A DNA stretch of 64,000 bases, taken from NCBI GenBank assembly GCA_020137815.1, contig CM035360.1, positions 4,588,001 through 4,652,000 of the forward strand. The letters are read 5' to 3'. Source of the DNA: Hormiphora californensis. Lineage: Eukaryota; Animalia; Ctenophora. This document shows positions 53,001-64,000 of the stretch, piece after piece. Every line of letters begins with the position of its first letter. The stretch's first letter is position 1. The translations under genes were made by a program, and so were the position numbers. A model generated the notes under the pieces. The model saw nothing but the letters and a program-made list of their open reading frames with translations, searched no databases and was not told the origin of the DNA.

Positions 53001-56000
53001 TTGAGTACCGCCCGGAAATACTTGACTATTGTATGGGTATTCTGGAGCGCCTGAGTCCCTCTAATAACACCAAGAAGATCGACTCCAGTTGGACGACAGA
53101 TGTCTGTAAGAGGGTGCACCCAGTGAGTGGTACTAGGAAGGACAGTCTGATCTACAAATGTGGCGATACTACCCTTGGAGACACCCAGCTCACTAACATG
53201 GACATGGTGTGTGATGGAAGAGTGGACTGTCCCAATGGTATGGATGAGTCAGTGTGTCCGGGACGGTTCTTCTGTCAGCGGGATGGGGCAAATGTCAGCT
53301 GGGTCGATCCTGGGAGGGTTTGTGATGGGGTTGTAGACTGTGAAAATGGTGTTGATGAGTGTAGAATCGAGTGCTACAATGGTACACTGGCCAGGGGAGA
53401 CTACTTCTTTAGGTACAACTCTGTACCAATCATTTTGGCCCTTTTGGGAGGGTTTATCATAGCCCTGAGTGCCCACAACGTTGTCAAAATAGGGAGAGAG
53501 AAACCAGAAGCAGGGTTTGGCAAAGTTGAGAGAACATTGAAGGTTCAAATAGCGGTGTACGATATCCTAACCGGGTTATACCTGCTTGTTCTGGTTATCA
53601 AAGGGTGGACAGATGGACCTAACTACTGTATGGGAGATGTGTCGTGGAGGTCCAGTGGGTATTGTATATTACTAGGATGCCTCTACTCCGTCTCTAATCA
53701 TGGCTCTCTACTCCTTACTACAACTCTGACTGTCCTCAGATTCCTTCACAACAGGTTCAGTGTGACGGTAGGGGTTGGGGGTGTTGTTACAATTAGTGGT
53801 GTGGTGGGGGTGTGCACCACCCTACACGCTCTCATGCCCGTGTACCTGGAAGATGTGTTCAGGAGTGAGGTCCAACTCAACCAGGGGAGGGAGAACCCGT
53901 TTTTAGAGCGGTTCAATGAGGAACGCATCAGGAATATCTACAACATTACCCATGCCGCATCCCTGCAAGAGGGTTAACAAGTATAGAAATCCTGGAGAGA
54001 CTGAGGGATATAACCACTAAACCGTCTATATTTGACTACACCTCCATCGGTTACTATGGTAACAACCGGTTTTGTATCGCCAATAACTTTGCGCCGGACC
54101 CCATTGGATACAAGATTTCCTACAGTGTGATCTTGGGAATTATTCTTGCCGTTCTCTCCATATCCCACATCGGTGATCTGCTGAGTAACATGAAACAAGA
54201 GGAATCAGAGGAATCAGAGATCAGGGAAGTGTGATATACGACTGACAATCCTCACCACAACCCAAGTTGTAACATGGATCTCCTTTCTGTTTGGAGTGGT
54301 TTACTACAGCAGGTTCAACACGTCTGCAAGTGATGGTGGATCATTGGTCCATGAGATCATTAGTCTGTTTGTGTTACCTAGCAACGGACTCCTGAACTCT
54401 CTTTGCAACTGTGGACTGTGGGGTGGGGTACGGATGAAGGTGTGGAATGTGTGGAGAAAGGTAGTGGAAATAGTCAACCCGTGATATGACGTCATAGATT
54501 CGAATATACGACCGTTAAAATGATCTCTGTGGATATTGATGAGTGAATAATTGCGGAGAGTTTGTGTTCACTGTTCAGCTCGCCGAGACTGGATCACCAT
54601 AAATCAATTCGATTTTTCGAGCTATTGTTACGACCACCAGCTGCATGTTCCAAAGACAAGACTCATGGTAGTAGAGAGAAAAGGACCTTTAGAAATAAGA
54701 TGCTGTTTGCCAATCTAGAATGCTGTTCTCCAATGTTTTAGTTACTGTCAGAAAAATGCCTGTGTTGTTTTAAAAATTCAAAATCAAGAAAGTAGTAATA
54801 ATGCAATCCATACATGCATTAGTCAAAATGTAACTAAGTCAAGATATAAGCAAGTCAAGTTATACTAAGTTGTAACCTCTCTCCTCCCTGCAGATGTGAA
54901 ACTGGTACCGACATGACTGCCAACTCAACTGCCTTGATCCACTGCCTGCCCACCGGTGATTGGGACTCCCAAACTGGCCCTACCTGTCTGGCTGAATGTT
55001 CCAACCTTCCCCTACCTCCCAACACCCTCACCACAGTCCCCGAGGAGGATGGTTATGTGTCTGGAACACAGATCCCCGTGACATGTGCACACAATTGTCA
55101 TCAAACAGGTTGGTTCGTATTCAAAGTTGATATGTTAGCTTGTTTCGTCTGTTTCAGTGCAATGGGATAGGGGTATCATGGTACGTACCTTGGTGACATG
55201 GACACCTGCATGTGAGATCGACGTCGCGTGCGGCTGAGATCGATCTCACATACGAAGTGAGAATTATAGATAGCAATGGTACCAAGTACGTACCTGAACC
55301 TCAGGTCATGACGTCACCTATGGTACCGGATATTGACGGATATTTATTCTGTTTTCCTCCTATAACAATAACTTGGGAAGGATAGTGTGTTATAGAGTTA
55401 CACAAGATAAGAATTCTATAATTCTATAATGAAATCAGATAACGCAGCTGTCAGTTTTAAACTAGATAACCACCAGTACACTTCCACCTTGTTGAGTCTC
55501 TCCCCTTGGCCTTACTCAACAACTCCCACCTGTATGAAATAACAAGCGGGTTGTTTTTAAAGTGTTTATCTTTGCTGAGTAAGGGGTGGACCCCTTGCTC
55601 AACAAGTTTATCTGTCGTTGTGGCCGTGGGAATTAGCGAGGGTCGAGCAAGGCAAACATATTGCTATCACAAGTTTTATACACGTGTATTTTCAGGCGCT
55701 GATACCGCCCTACTGTGTACAAATGGGACCTGGTCAGGAAGCGTGTCCTGCTCAATCTACCTGTGTGACCCACCCTCCCAGCCCCACACCACCATCAACA
55801 CAACTCAGTTGTATTCTGTTAACACCACATACCCACTGACCTGCGAGACAGGTTGGGTGGGGAATGTGGAGGGAGACTGTGGGGTTGATGGCAATTGGAG
55901 TTATTCGGGGATGTGTACTAAGGTGAGCTGCCCAACACCCCCTCTAAATATCACGGGTGGACTCACTAATGCCACTGCTGGGGATTCTTTCGAGTTTGGA

Positions 56001-59000
56001 GATACAGTTGTGTACAGGTGAGTGAAGCATGATCAGGTGCCTGAGTTTGGCTTGTTCGCCCCTCTCTCTCTCTCTCTGCGACGGCGAGAGGGGGAGGGTT
56101 AGAACATAACAAATCTAAGTAGCAAACACCTTTGGTTGCCATAGTAACGGCCACTGATTTTAACACTCGACTAAATCCTGCAATTCTCTCTCCCAGTTGT
56201 GAGAGTGGTTATGAGATGATTGGAGACCCCGTGATAGAATGTACTGGTAATGGTTCCTGGTCACCCCGCCCCGAATGTCACCTTATCCCACAGGTACAAT
56301 TCGAGATACACATTGCTCTCAACCCACTGTCCCCTGTCAGCGCGATCTGCCTGACAGTATTATAATAGCTAATATACATTTCAAGCCGCTCTTGGTCAGC
56401 CCTTGGTCAGTATAGCCGGGCGAAGAGGCATCACCAACATTAGGGCTCCAGCTGGAACTAGCTTATCAAATTTAACCATCTCCCCCCCCCCCCCCAGTGT
56501 GACGAGGTGGTTCCAGGGGAGCATGCCAGTGTGACCTACCTGCAGGATGGGACCAGGGAGGAGGGGGATGAGGCGGTTGTGGGGTGTGATCCAGGATTTA
56601 CTACTTACAATGGCACCACTGAACAAGGTATACAGTCGGGCCCCGATTTTCCGGAACCCCAATTTACCGGGCAAAACCCTTTCCCCCGAGCATCCCGGTA
56701 AATCGGGGTCCGACTGTTAAAGAATATAGGGAGTAGTAATGCACGAATTGATCATTGCCAAATTGCCTGAAACCTGGGCTGGGGCAATATATCGTTGATC
56801 ACCTACCTAGGCCGTCATACCAATTACTCATATTGGCACTGATAGAATTATTAGATGTTATTATGAACATGGTTTATGTTATGAACAGTTTGACCCGGTT
56901 CTTCAGAGATTGAATGTGGATCAGATCTAATGTGGAGCTCATTTGTCCCCTGTACCACTCCCGTGAGCTGTGGAGCCCTCCCCTCCATCCCTCATTCATC
57001 TAACAACCAAGGGATTGAAGTGATGTTTGGAACACCAGTTGAAATCAAGTGTATTTTCGGGTAAGATCTAGATCTTCATTGCATATGATATCGTAAACCG
57101 CCCCGTTTCTTTTAACCATTTTGATTGTTTCGGTTTTCATAGCTTGATCAAGTCAACCAGATCTATTTCACTGTTTCACTAATTCTAACAATCCTAGTTA
57201 TCGGCTAGATGGAGACCCTACAGTAACGTGCAATGCTACCGGTGATCTCTCACCCCTTCCAACGTGTAATCCAGTGAGCTGCCCAACACCTTTGAATATT
57301 ACGGGTGGATTCTGCACTAATATCACCACTGCCGGGAATACTTTTGAGTTTGGAGATGAAGTTGTGTACAGGTGAGTACTGAGTGTGACCTAAAGATGAT
57401 ATGGAGCATGACATATTAGGTATCTGGGTGCACGCTGACCCAATATCTGAGTGGCGAGCACCGTTAGTTGCCATGGTAACAACCAGTGATCATTAACCGG
57501 ATATTATTTTAACACTCCTAAATCCTGCAATTCTCTCCCAGTTGTGAGAGTGGTTATGAGATGATTGGAGAGCCCGTGATAGAATGTACTGGTAATGGAA
57601 CCTGGTCACCCCGCCCCGAGTGTATTGTTCCATTGCAGCCCTGTGGAGCCCTCCCCTCCATCCCTCATTCATCTAACAACCATGCTGGGATTGAAGTGAT
57701 GTTCGGAACTCCAGTTGAAATTAAGTGTATTTTCGGGTAAGAGAATGAAAGATCATTATAATTCTATTGATTCAGTTTTAAATTTCATTAACTGCATTTG
57801 TTAACCATTTGGTAACCATGTGTTAACCATGTGGCATGTGGTAACCATATGGTAACCATGTGGTAACCATTTGGTAGCTCGCCAGCTGTCCCTTGCCAGC
57901 GCGCGAGGAGGCTGGTTCTGGGTATAGCTGTTTCACTGATTCTAATCCTAACATTCTAACAATCTTAGATACCGACTTGATGGAGATGATGTGGTAACAT
58001 GCAGTGCTAAAGGAGATCTCTCACCCCTTCCAAACTGCACTTTCGATGGTTAGAAGTGTAGAACATCACGGACACAGCTAAATTTCGTTCACAAACTGTC
58101 TATCAGTATTATACGACACCCATATCACCCACCTCCCCCCTCACTTAGCTCCATTGCAACCTATTCGTTCTGCGCGACCTCGATCTCACTCAGGTATCAA
58201 TGTGACCAACCCCCTCGCCAGGTTGTTTCCTTCCCACCGTAGAGAATGGGGAATGGGTTGGAGAGGTGGGGCCTGGAGAGATGCAGTTCCTGGAATGCAG
58301 TAATGCGTTCATCATGACACAGGGAAGCAAAGGTAGGGCAAACATTTTCACGTACTTTTCACGGAAACAATATCAATGTGTCATATATGATACATGTGAC
58401 ACCCTTTATGACACATTGTTTTGCAGACAAGTCAACTAGGATTTCTATCCGCACAGCATCCTGATCCCCAGTCCCCATTATCGTTTCCCCAGTACAATAG
58501 TCCGTTCAGCTGCAGCCCTTTCAACTGATATCTATCCTATCTCTCTCTCTACTCAGAATTACGTTGCACCTCCGTCCCTGTGAACTACGTTGGGATAGCT
58601 GAATGTGTGGCAGAAGGAGACTCCAGTTTCCTCCACTCCCTCACCACTTCCACCGGGCTGAGTGTGGGTTCAGTAGCTGTTGTTCTGTTGGTGGCCCTCC
58701 TTGTTGCTGCGGTTAACATGTGGTCTAAAAAGAACCAACCTCCCCCACCTCCTCAACCAGGTTAGAAACAGATCTTGATCAGATATGTAGGATGCAGGTG
58801 GTTGGTGTATCGTAGTGTGGCTATATCTAGGTTAGGATCACTGAGTGATACTAACCTAGATATATATAATATATTACCACCTGTCCTACATCCCGTACAG
58901 CCTGCATCTTACCAGAAAGCTACTCACTAAGGTCGTCCTAGAGATGCGACGCACTTAGATGCGTATCATGGGCATTCCATGATATTGGGAGCTTCCGTCA

Positions 59001-59266
59001 TTATGATGTTATCTAAATGCAATAGCACTAAGCACAGCCTGGCTAACATTTTACTTTGTATTTTAGTGGAGATACCGTTGACCGGATACGTCAACAAAGC
59101 CTGTGACGTAGATGAGATCCTGAGAGAGTCCAGGAGGGAGCACAAACCCTCGTTCATCTACATCAACAGTGCGAACAACCTGAATGTGTATAACAGAAGT
59201 GGGGAGACAGGAATAGGAGGAGGGGGTGATGATGAGGCAATGATTGATAGGACACCAGGTAATTAG
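47045..59266 (+). CDS. Large single-pass membrane protein with many sushi/CCP repeats
   Basis: Signal exon 47045-47090 (MILLFPVVLFHIALA). More than 20 further exons carry C..P..NG..Y.C..GY..C..G.W..P.C repeats (e.g. 50552-51146, 54894-55108, ~55696-56017). TM LSVGSVAVVLLVALLVAAV at ~58660-58715; cytoplasmic exon ~59088-59266. Confidence 0.8.
52244..54484 (+). pseudogene. Intronless LDL-receptor class A repeat GPCR (GRL101-like), frameshifted, nested in an intron of the sushi gene
   Basis: LDLa motifs VCDGIPDC, VCDGRVDCPNGMDE and VCDGVVDCENGVDEC; 7TM motifs YDILTGLYL, WRSSGYC, LPSNGLLN. Frameshifts near 53970 and ~54190. It lies in intron 51762-54893. Confidence 0.75.
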
Positions 59267-60016
59267 CAGGTGATTATTAGGGTTAGTTTTAGCTTTGTAG
59301 TTCATTGCTTCGTGGACATTTATTTTGTCTGTCCCTCGATTTCTTCAATCTTCGAGTGTCCCAGCCCGCTCCCAGGCCCACTCGAGTGCACTCCAAGTCA
59401 CTCATTGACAGTTGACACGACCAACCTTCCGCAGGGCAACGTTGGATTAAGAAAACACCCCTGCCTCTTCCCAGTGACTACAAACCATCGGCCCTTCCAA
59501 AACTACATGATTTAGAAAATGATTGAAATCTTCAAGTGAAGCTAACGTTTGCCGCTCAAAACATTGTGAATTTGTTAATGTTATTCTGTCAGTGCCATGA
59601 GACTGAGACTGAGAGTAAGAAATAGAGAGTCAGAGCCGTGCACTGCACTTTTCAGCGCAGGAATTTCACGCGACGCATACTGCATAGTGAAACGTGAGTC
59701 TGTATAAGACAGTAACATTTTTCACATACATATTTCTATGTTAGTCATACTTATAATTTGTAATTGTATTTTTAAATTTGCAACTAGAATTGAATTTGCT
59801 ATTTAATTTTATGTTCTTGATACATGGCGCGATATTTCTTGAAAATCACTGCAAATGCGAGACGCGCGCCGAAAAACAATGAAGTGCGCCGCGCAAGTAA
59901 AATTTAAGGCCAGTAAAAAGTAAAAATTTTCAAATTTCAAAATATAAAAATCCTTCTTCGAAAAGGGGGGGGGGGGCCAATATCGGCCTTAAAATAAAAT
60001 ATATAATAGATTATGA

Positions 60017-60247
60017 AGTCCAATTTTTTATTTAAGCGACAGGCCGCCGCGCATCAAAATGCAGCGCTTGAAATCGATTTCCGGTTCCTGATAAGCTAGC
60101 GACTTTTTCTTGGTGCCATTGGAAAGATAAAAATTTTATCTTTCCAACGCAACTTGGATCAAGTCTTTATCTTATCAGGAACCGGAGATATGACCAATTA
60201 ACCAATTGAGTGCGCGGCGGCCTGTCGCTTAAATAAAAAATTCGACT
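60017..60247. mobile_element. Palindromic MITE upstream of TM9SF
   Basis: TTTTTTATTTAAGCGACAGGCCGCCGCGCA and its inverted match; the core resembles 16733-16847. Confidence 0.75.
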
Positions 60248-60497
60248 ATACAGTAGAAATCAATGGAATCAATAAATTATAATCACTGCAATCCTTCTTC
60301 CCCAAAAAATGTTCCCTCTAAAAATCCGTTTCAAGTTTCAACATCCATTCTTTCTACAGCATAATGATTGGTTAATTCGTCCAGATTCTACAATCACTAT
60401 AATCGACCAAAAATTATAATCTTTGATACCAATTTTAGGTGAAATGTCGAAATGAGATAAATTTCAGTGTTAGAAAACTGTCTTGAAACTCCTCACA

Positions 60498-63007
60498 ATG
60501 CTGCCTACTTTGATTCTGGTGTTTGTCGGCGTCGCCCAGGCCTATTACATCCCTTTGATTGCCCCAGTGGAATACAAGAGGGGCGATTCAATTGAAATAA
60601 AGGTAATGTAAACTGCAGTCAAGCCATAGAATGATTTTTTTTCATCAGACCCACTGACATTCCACCTACTTTTCAGTCTACTCAAGTCCAGAGTATTCAC
60701 ACTGAATTACCGTACAGTTACCGAAATGCATTCTACTGTGTACCAGAGAAGGAAACTAACTTCGCTGAAAACCTTGGTATGTACTATGTGCCATTTGATG
60801 ATGTGACGATATCAAAATAAACTCTCTACTGCAGCGACAGGGTGCCCCCCCCCCCCAGAGTTCAGCTGGCCTTGCTCGACCATGTTTCACGGGGATTGAA
60901 CAGTGAACACCATGGAACCAACCCTTAATTCACACACACCCGCTCCAATGTTATTTTGTTTCAGGGGAGGTTCTACACGGTAACAGGATAGTGAACACTG
61001 CCTACAAAGTTGATGTAATGAGCGAGACTGCCTGTACTGAAACTTGTAAAGTTGAGCTTACTGCTGAGGGTGAGACGTTCATTTTATTCCTTTAACAAAT
61101 AAAACTCCTTAGTTATGGAGTTACTTTTTTTTTTGAATTTATGGCTTCTCTTATAACGCGTCACCTTGTTACAGAGGTAAACAAGTTGATAGACATGGTT
61201 GAGAAGGAGTATGAAGTACAGTTGATCCTAGATAACCTACCTGTTGCAAGGAAATTTAGTTCACCCGATGGAAAATACGTGAGTTTTGCGGTTCTTGACT
61301 ACGATTTTACATTTTCCTTCAGATCAATAATATAATGGTGTATTGTAAACGTGTTTTTTTAATCTCTTCTTGTGCATAGAACCTATAATGCTCTCTTCTC
61401 GGAGGATGCAGCTCTAACAATCGTGCATCTTTCCGAGCTGGAGGTGCAAAGATGTAGCCCTTAACTATGCTAACAAGAGTGTGGTACTTTAGAATTAAGA
61501 CATCGCGCGTTACTGCAATGTGCTCTCTCTATTCATATGACAGGATTTGCTAGTCCTTTGTGCGCTCTTCTGCACCCCCAGCTCGGAAAGACGCGCGATG
61601 ACTGGGTTTGCATCCTCCGAGAATGCAGCATAACTATTATGTATACTCGAATGTAGAAATTGTACACTCTCTCCAAATATCCACTATTGCGAAGTATAAT
61701 ATCACTGAAACACGATCAGTAACTCAGGGGCCAGGCCGGGAAGCTATACCCCACCACTCTATCGAAGGTAGACTAACATTAATACAATATACACTCTCTC
61801 CATTGTCTCCAGGCCATTCTACAGAGGGGACACAAGATGGGAAGTATCTACAAAGATGATGCCTTCGTGTTCAACAACTTTAACTTTAAAGTAAAGTACC
61901 ACCCGGGAAGTAGTCCAGATACCTACCGAATAGTTGGATTTGAGGTGAGAGAGACATGTGGGAATCGGGCCCATTATAATTGGATGAATTGTGGAACTCC
62001 AATTGTCACTTTTTCCTCCTAATTGAGATATGTGGGGATTGTAATGACTAATTATCATGATTATGGAACTTGTTAATCTTTTGAAATCCTTCCAATTATA
62101 CTCCTTGTCCAGGTTGAATCAAATAGTCATTCTGATAACTCTTGTGCAGCTGGAGGCCCCCTCTTGAAGCTACAGAAAGACACAGCGATGAGCATTCCAT
62201 ACAGTTTTAGTGTTACTTGGGAGGTAATATTATAAAAATGAAAAAGTGTCCGGCTATGTTACTAATTGTTTTTTGTTCTTTTTATCCAGTCTATCCAGTC
62301 GCATGTCCTTATGTGACTCCCTGCAGTAGTCCTCCATAACTCCTTGTAACCCCACCCCCCCCCCCCCATACCAGGCAAGCGACGTAGCATGGGCATCTCG
62401 TTGGGATATCTACCTCAATTCGGGAAGCAACGCACAGATCCACTGGTTCTCAATAATTAACTCCCTAATCATTGTCCTCTTCCTATCTGGTCTCCTGGCC
62501 ATGATCTTGGTTCGAGCTCTGAGAAGGGACATTGCCGCTTACAATCATGATGAAGAAATGGTGAGATGTCTGTTTTAGGTGTATCACGTGACACGTGTAC
62601 GTCCCCCTCTATACTATCTCTTTTCTATTTCTTTTATTCTTCACTACATCATGCCCCTCTTTCTGTAGACTTCTGACCTGTCTTTATCTCTCTCCCCCAT
62701 TATTACAACGCAACACCCTGATCTATACATGATTCATATCATCTACTTCCTTTCTGACACCCTATCTACAAGTACTGACACCCCTCCGTGACGTCAGCGC
62801 TTCTAACACCCTTCTAACACCCTTCTAACACCTTTCTAACACCCACATGCCTCTCTTCGTGACCTTCGTTCTGCGTTTATCCCCAGCTGTGTTTTGACCA
62901 CTTCTAACATCCACAGGATGATACGTATGAGGAGAGTGGGTGGAAGTTACTACATGGTGATGTACTTCGGGCACCTAACTTTACTACTTGGCTTGTGGCT
63001 CTCATTG
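60498..63007 (+). CDS. TM9SF4: Transmembrane 9 superfamily (nonaspanin) protein, TM9SF2/4-like, 5' part
   Basis: Exons 60498-60602, 60677-60776, 60965-61069, 61175-61278, 61813-61944, 62113-62223, 62375-62560, 62917-63007. Motifs ENLGEVL.G.RI, LDNLPV, WASRWDIYL, IHWFSIINS, EESGWKLLHGDV. The gene continues beyond the window; paralog assignment is tentative. Confidence 0.9.
61388..61631. mobile_element. Intronic palindromic MITE
   Basis: TTCTCGGAGGATGCA...TCTTTCCGAGCTGG at the left with inverted matches at the right. Confidence 0.65.
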
Positions 63008-63217
63008 GTAAGTTGAAACTCCCTGACAGAAACAGAGTGCACAAAAAGCTTTTTTCCATGATCGATCTGAGATTATGTTTGCTTTGTAAGGTTAATATTC
63101 TCGAACCATGTTTCAAAAGGGGGTCAAACAAATAATTACATACATAAGTCATCACCAATAACCATACTCAACAAATAAATATGTTCTCAACTCATATAAA
63201 GAAGTCAGTAAGTCTAC

Positions 63218-64000
63218 TCATATAGACGACAGAGGTGGTTTAACGGCTGCTAGATGTGAGATGATCCGAGTCCAGTAAAGCTCACACTGTCGCCCCCTAA
63301 GGCACGTCCCAAACACCCTTCTCCACGTACTCTCAATATCATGTGCGTGGAAGTTCTGACAGGGTACCCCGTACTCCATGAGCTTGATACGACACACGTC
63401 CAGGATTTGAGCGTACCAAAACCGGGCGTAGACCTGGGATTGGAGGAAGGGGTATTAATTGGGGTTGTTAGTTGAGGTATTAGATTATAATTGGACCTAG
63501 GGGTTTTAGGTGCTAGTGGCCTGTAGCGGCAGGGTAAATATTGCAAACAGTGTTGCAAAATCAGTAATAAAATCATTGTATCTTACCTCTGGTACGTCTG
63601 CTAGCTTTGCGGAGATGGCAGGAGTAATACCAAGACACCAATGACCGATAATCTTGAGAATAGTGGCTACTGGGAGGAGTTTAGTTTTGTTGAAAACAGA
63701 TCCAGCAGTGATATGTTGGACACGTTTACAGGATCCTTTGCACACCGTACTGGTCAATCCTCGCTTCTGTAGTACCTTCTGAGGAGAGAAAATGGGGTTA
63801 GAAATTTAATAGCTGAGTGTTTTTCAATATATTGCATGATCTAAGTTTGTATTCAACGGAATACACACAAACACACAAACACACACACAAACACACAAAC
63901 ACACACACAAACACACAGTGTATAGCGGACTAACCTTGCAGAATTTACAGCGTAGAGAGGTAGATAGGAGGGAGTGTTTTAAAGCAAACAGAACGGCGCT
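63218..64000 (-). CDS. Spliced gene resembling a Merlin/ISXO2-like transposase lacking the DDE core
   Basis: Phase-0 exons >64000-63935, 63778-63587 and 63433-63218 give SAVLFALKHSLLSTSLRCKFCK|KVLQKRGLTSTVCKGSCKRVQHITAGSVFNKTKL..TILKIIGHW..|VYARFWYAQILDVC..HDIESTWRRVFG..YWTRIISHLA..*. Confidence 0.6.

Overview
This is eukaryotic, intron-rich animal DNA. A ctenophore (Pleurobrachia/Hormiphora-like) origin is inferred from the repeat families and gene content, not proven. I assembled gene models by hand from GT-AG sites and reading-frame phase. In order: the 3' end of a tandem fascin/hisactophilin-like beta-trefoil gene; a signal peptide-ectodomain-TM-RING gene; an intronless class A GPCR; DNAJB9; an intronless MFS transporter; a small six-exon Cys-tailed membrane protein divergent from a secreted sushi protein with a duplicated exon; a Ser/Tyr-motif-rich adaptor-like gene; a secreted beta-domain+sushi gene followed by a CRE-type retroelement fragment; a long sushi-repeat receptor with an LDLa-GPCR nested in one intron; and the 5' part of a TM9SF gene. 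The most unusual item is a spliced antisense gene inside a TM9SF intron that resembles a Merlin/ISXO2 transposase lacking its catalytic core. There are many MITE families with recognisable target-site duplications (TSDs), plus mini- and microsatellites. Several 1-bp frameshifts at short G runs may be assembly errors. No database searches were run.
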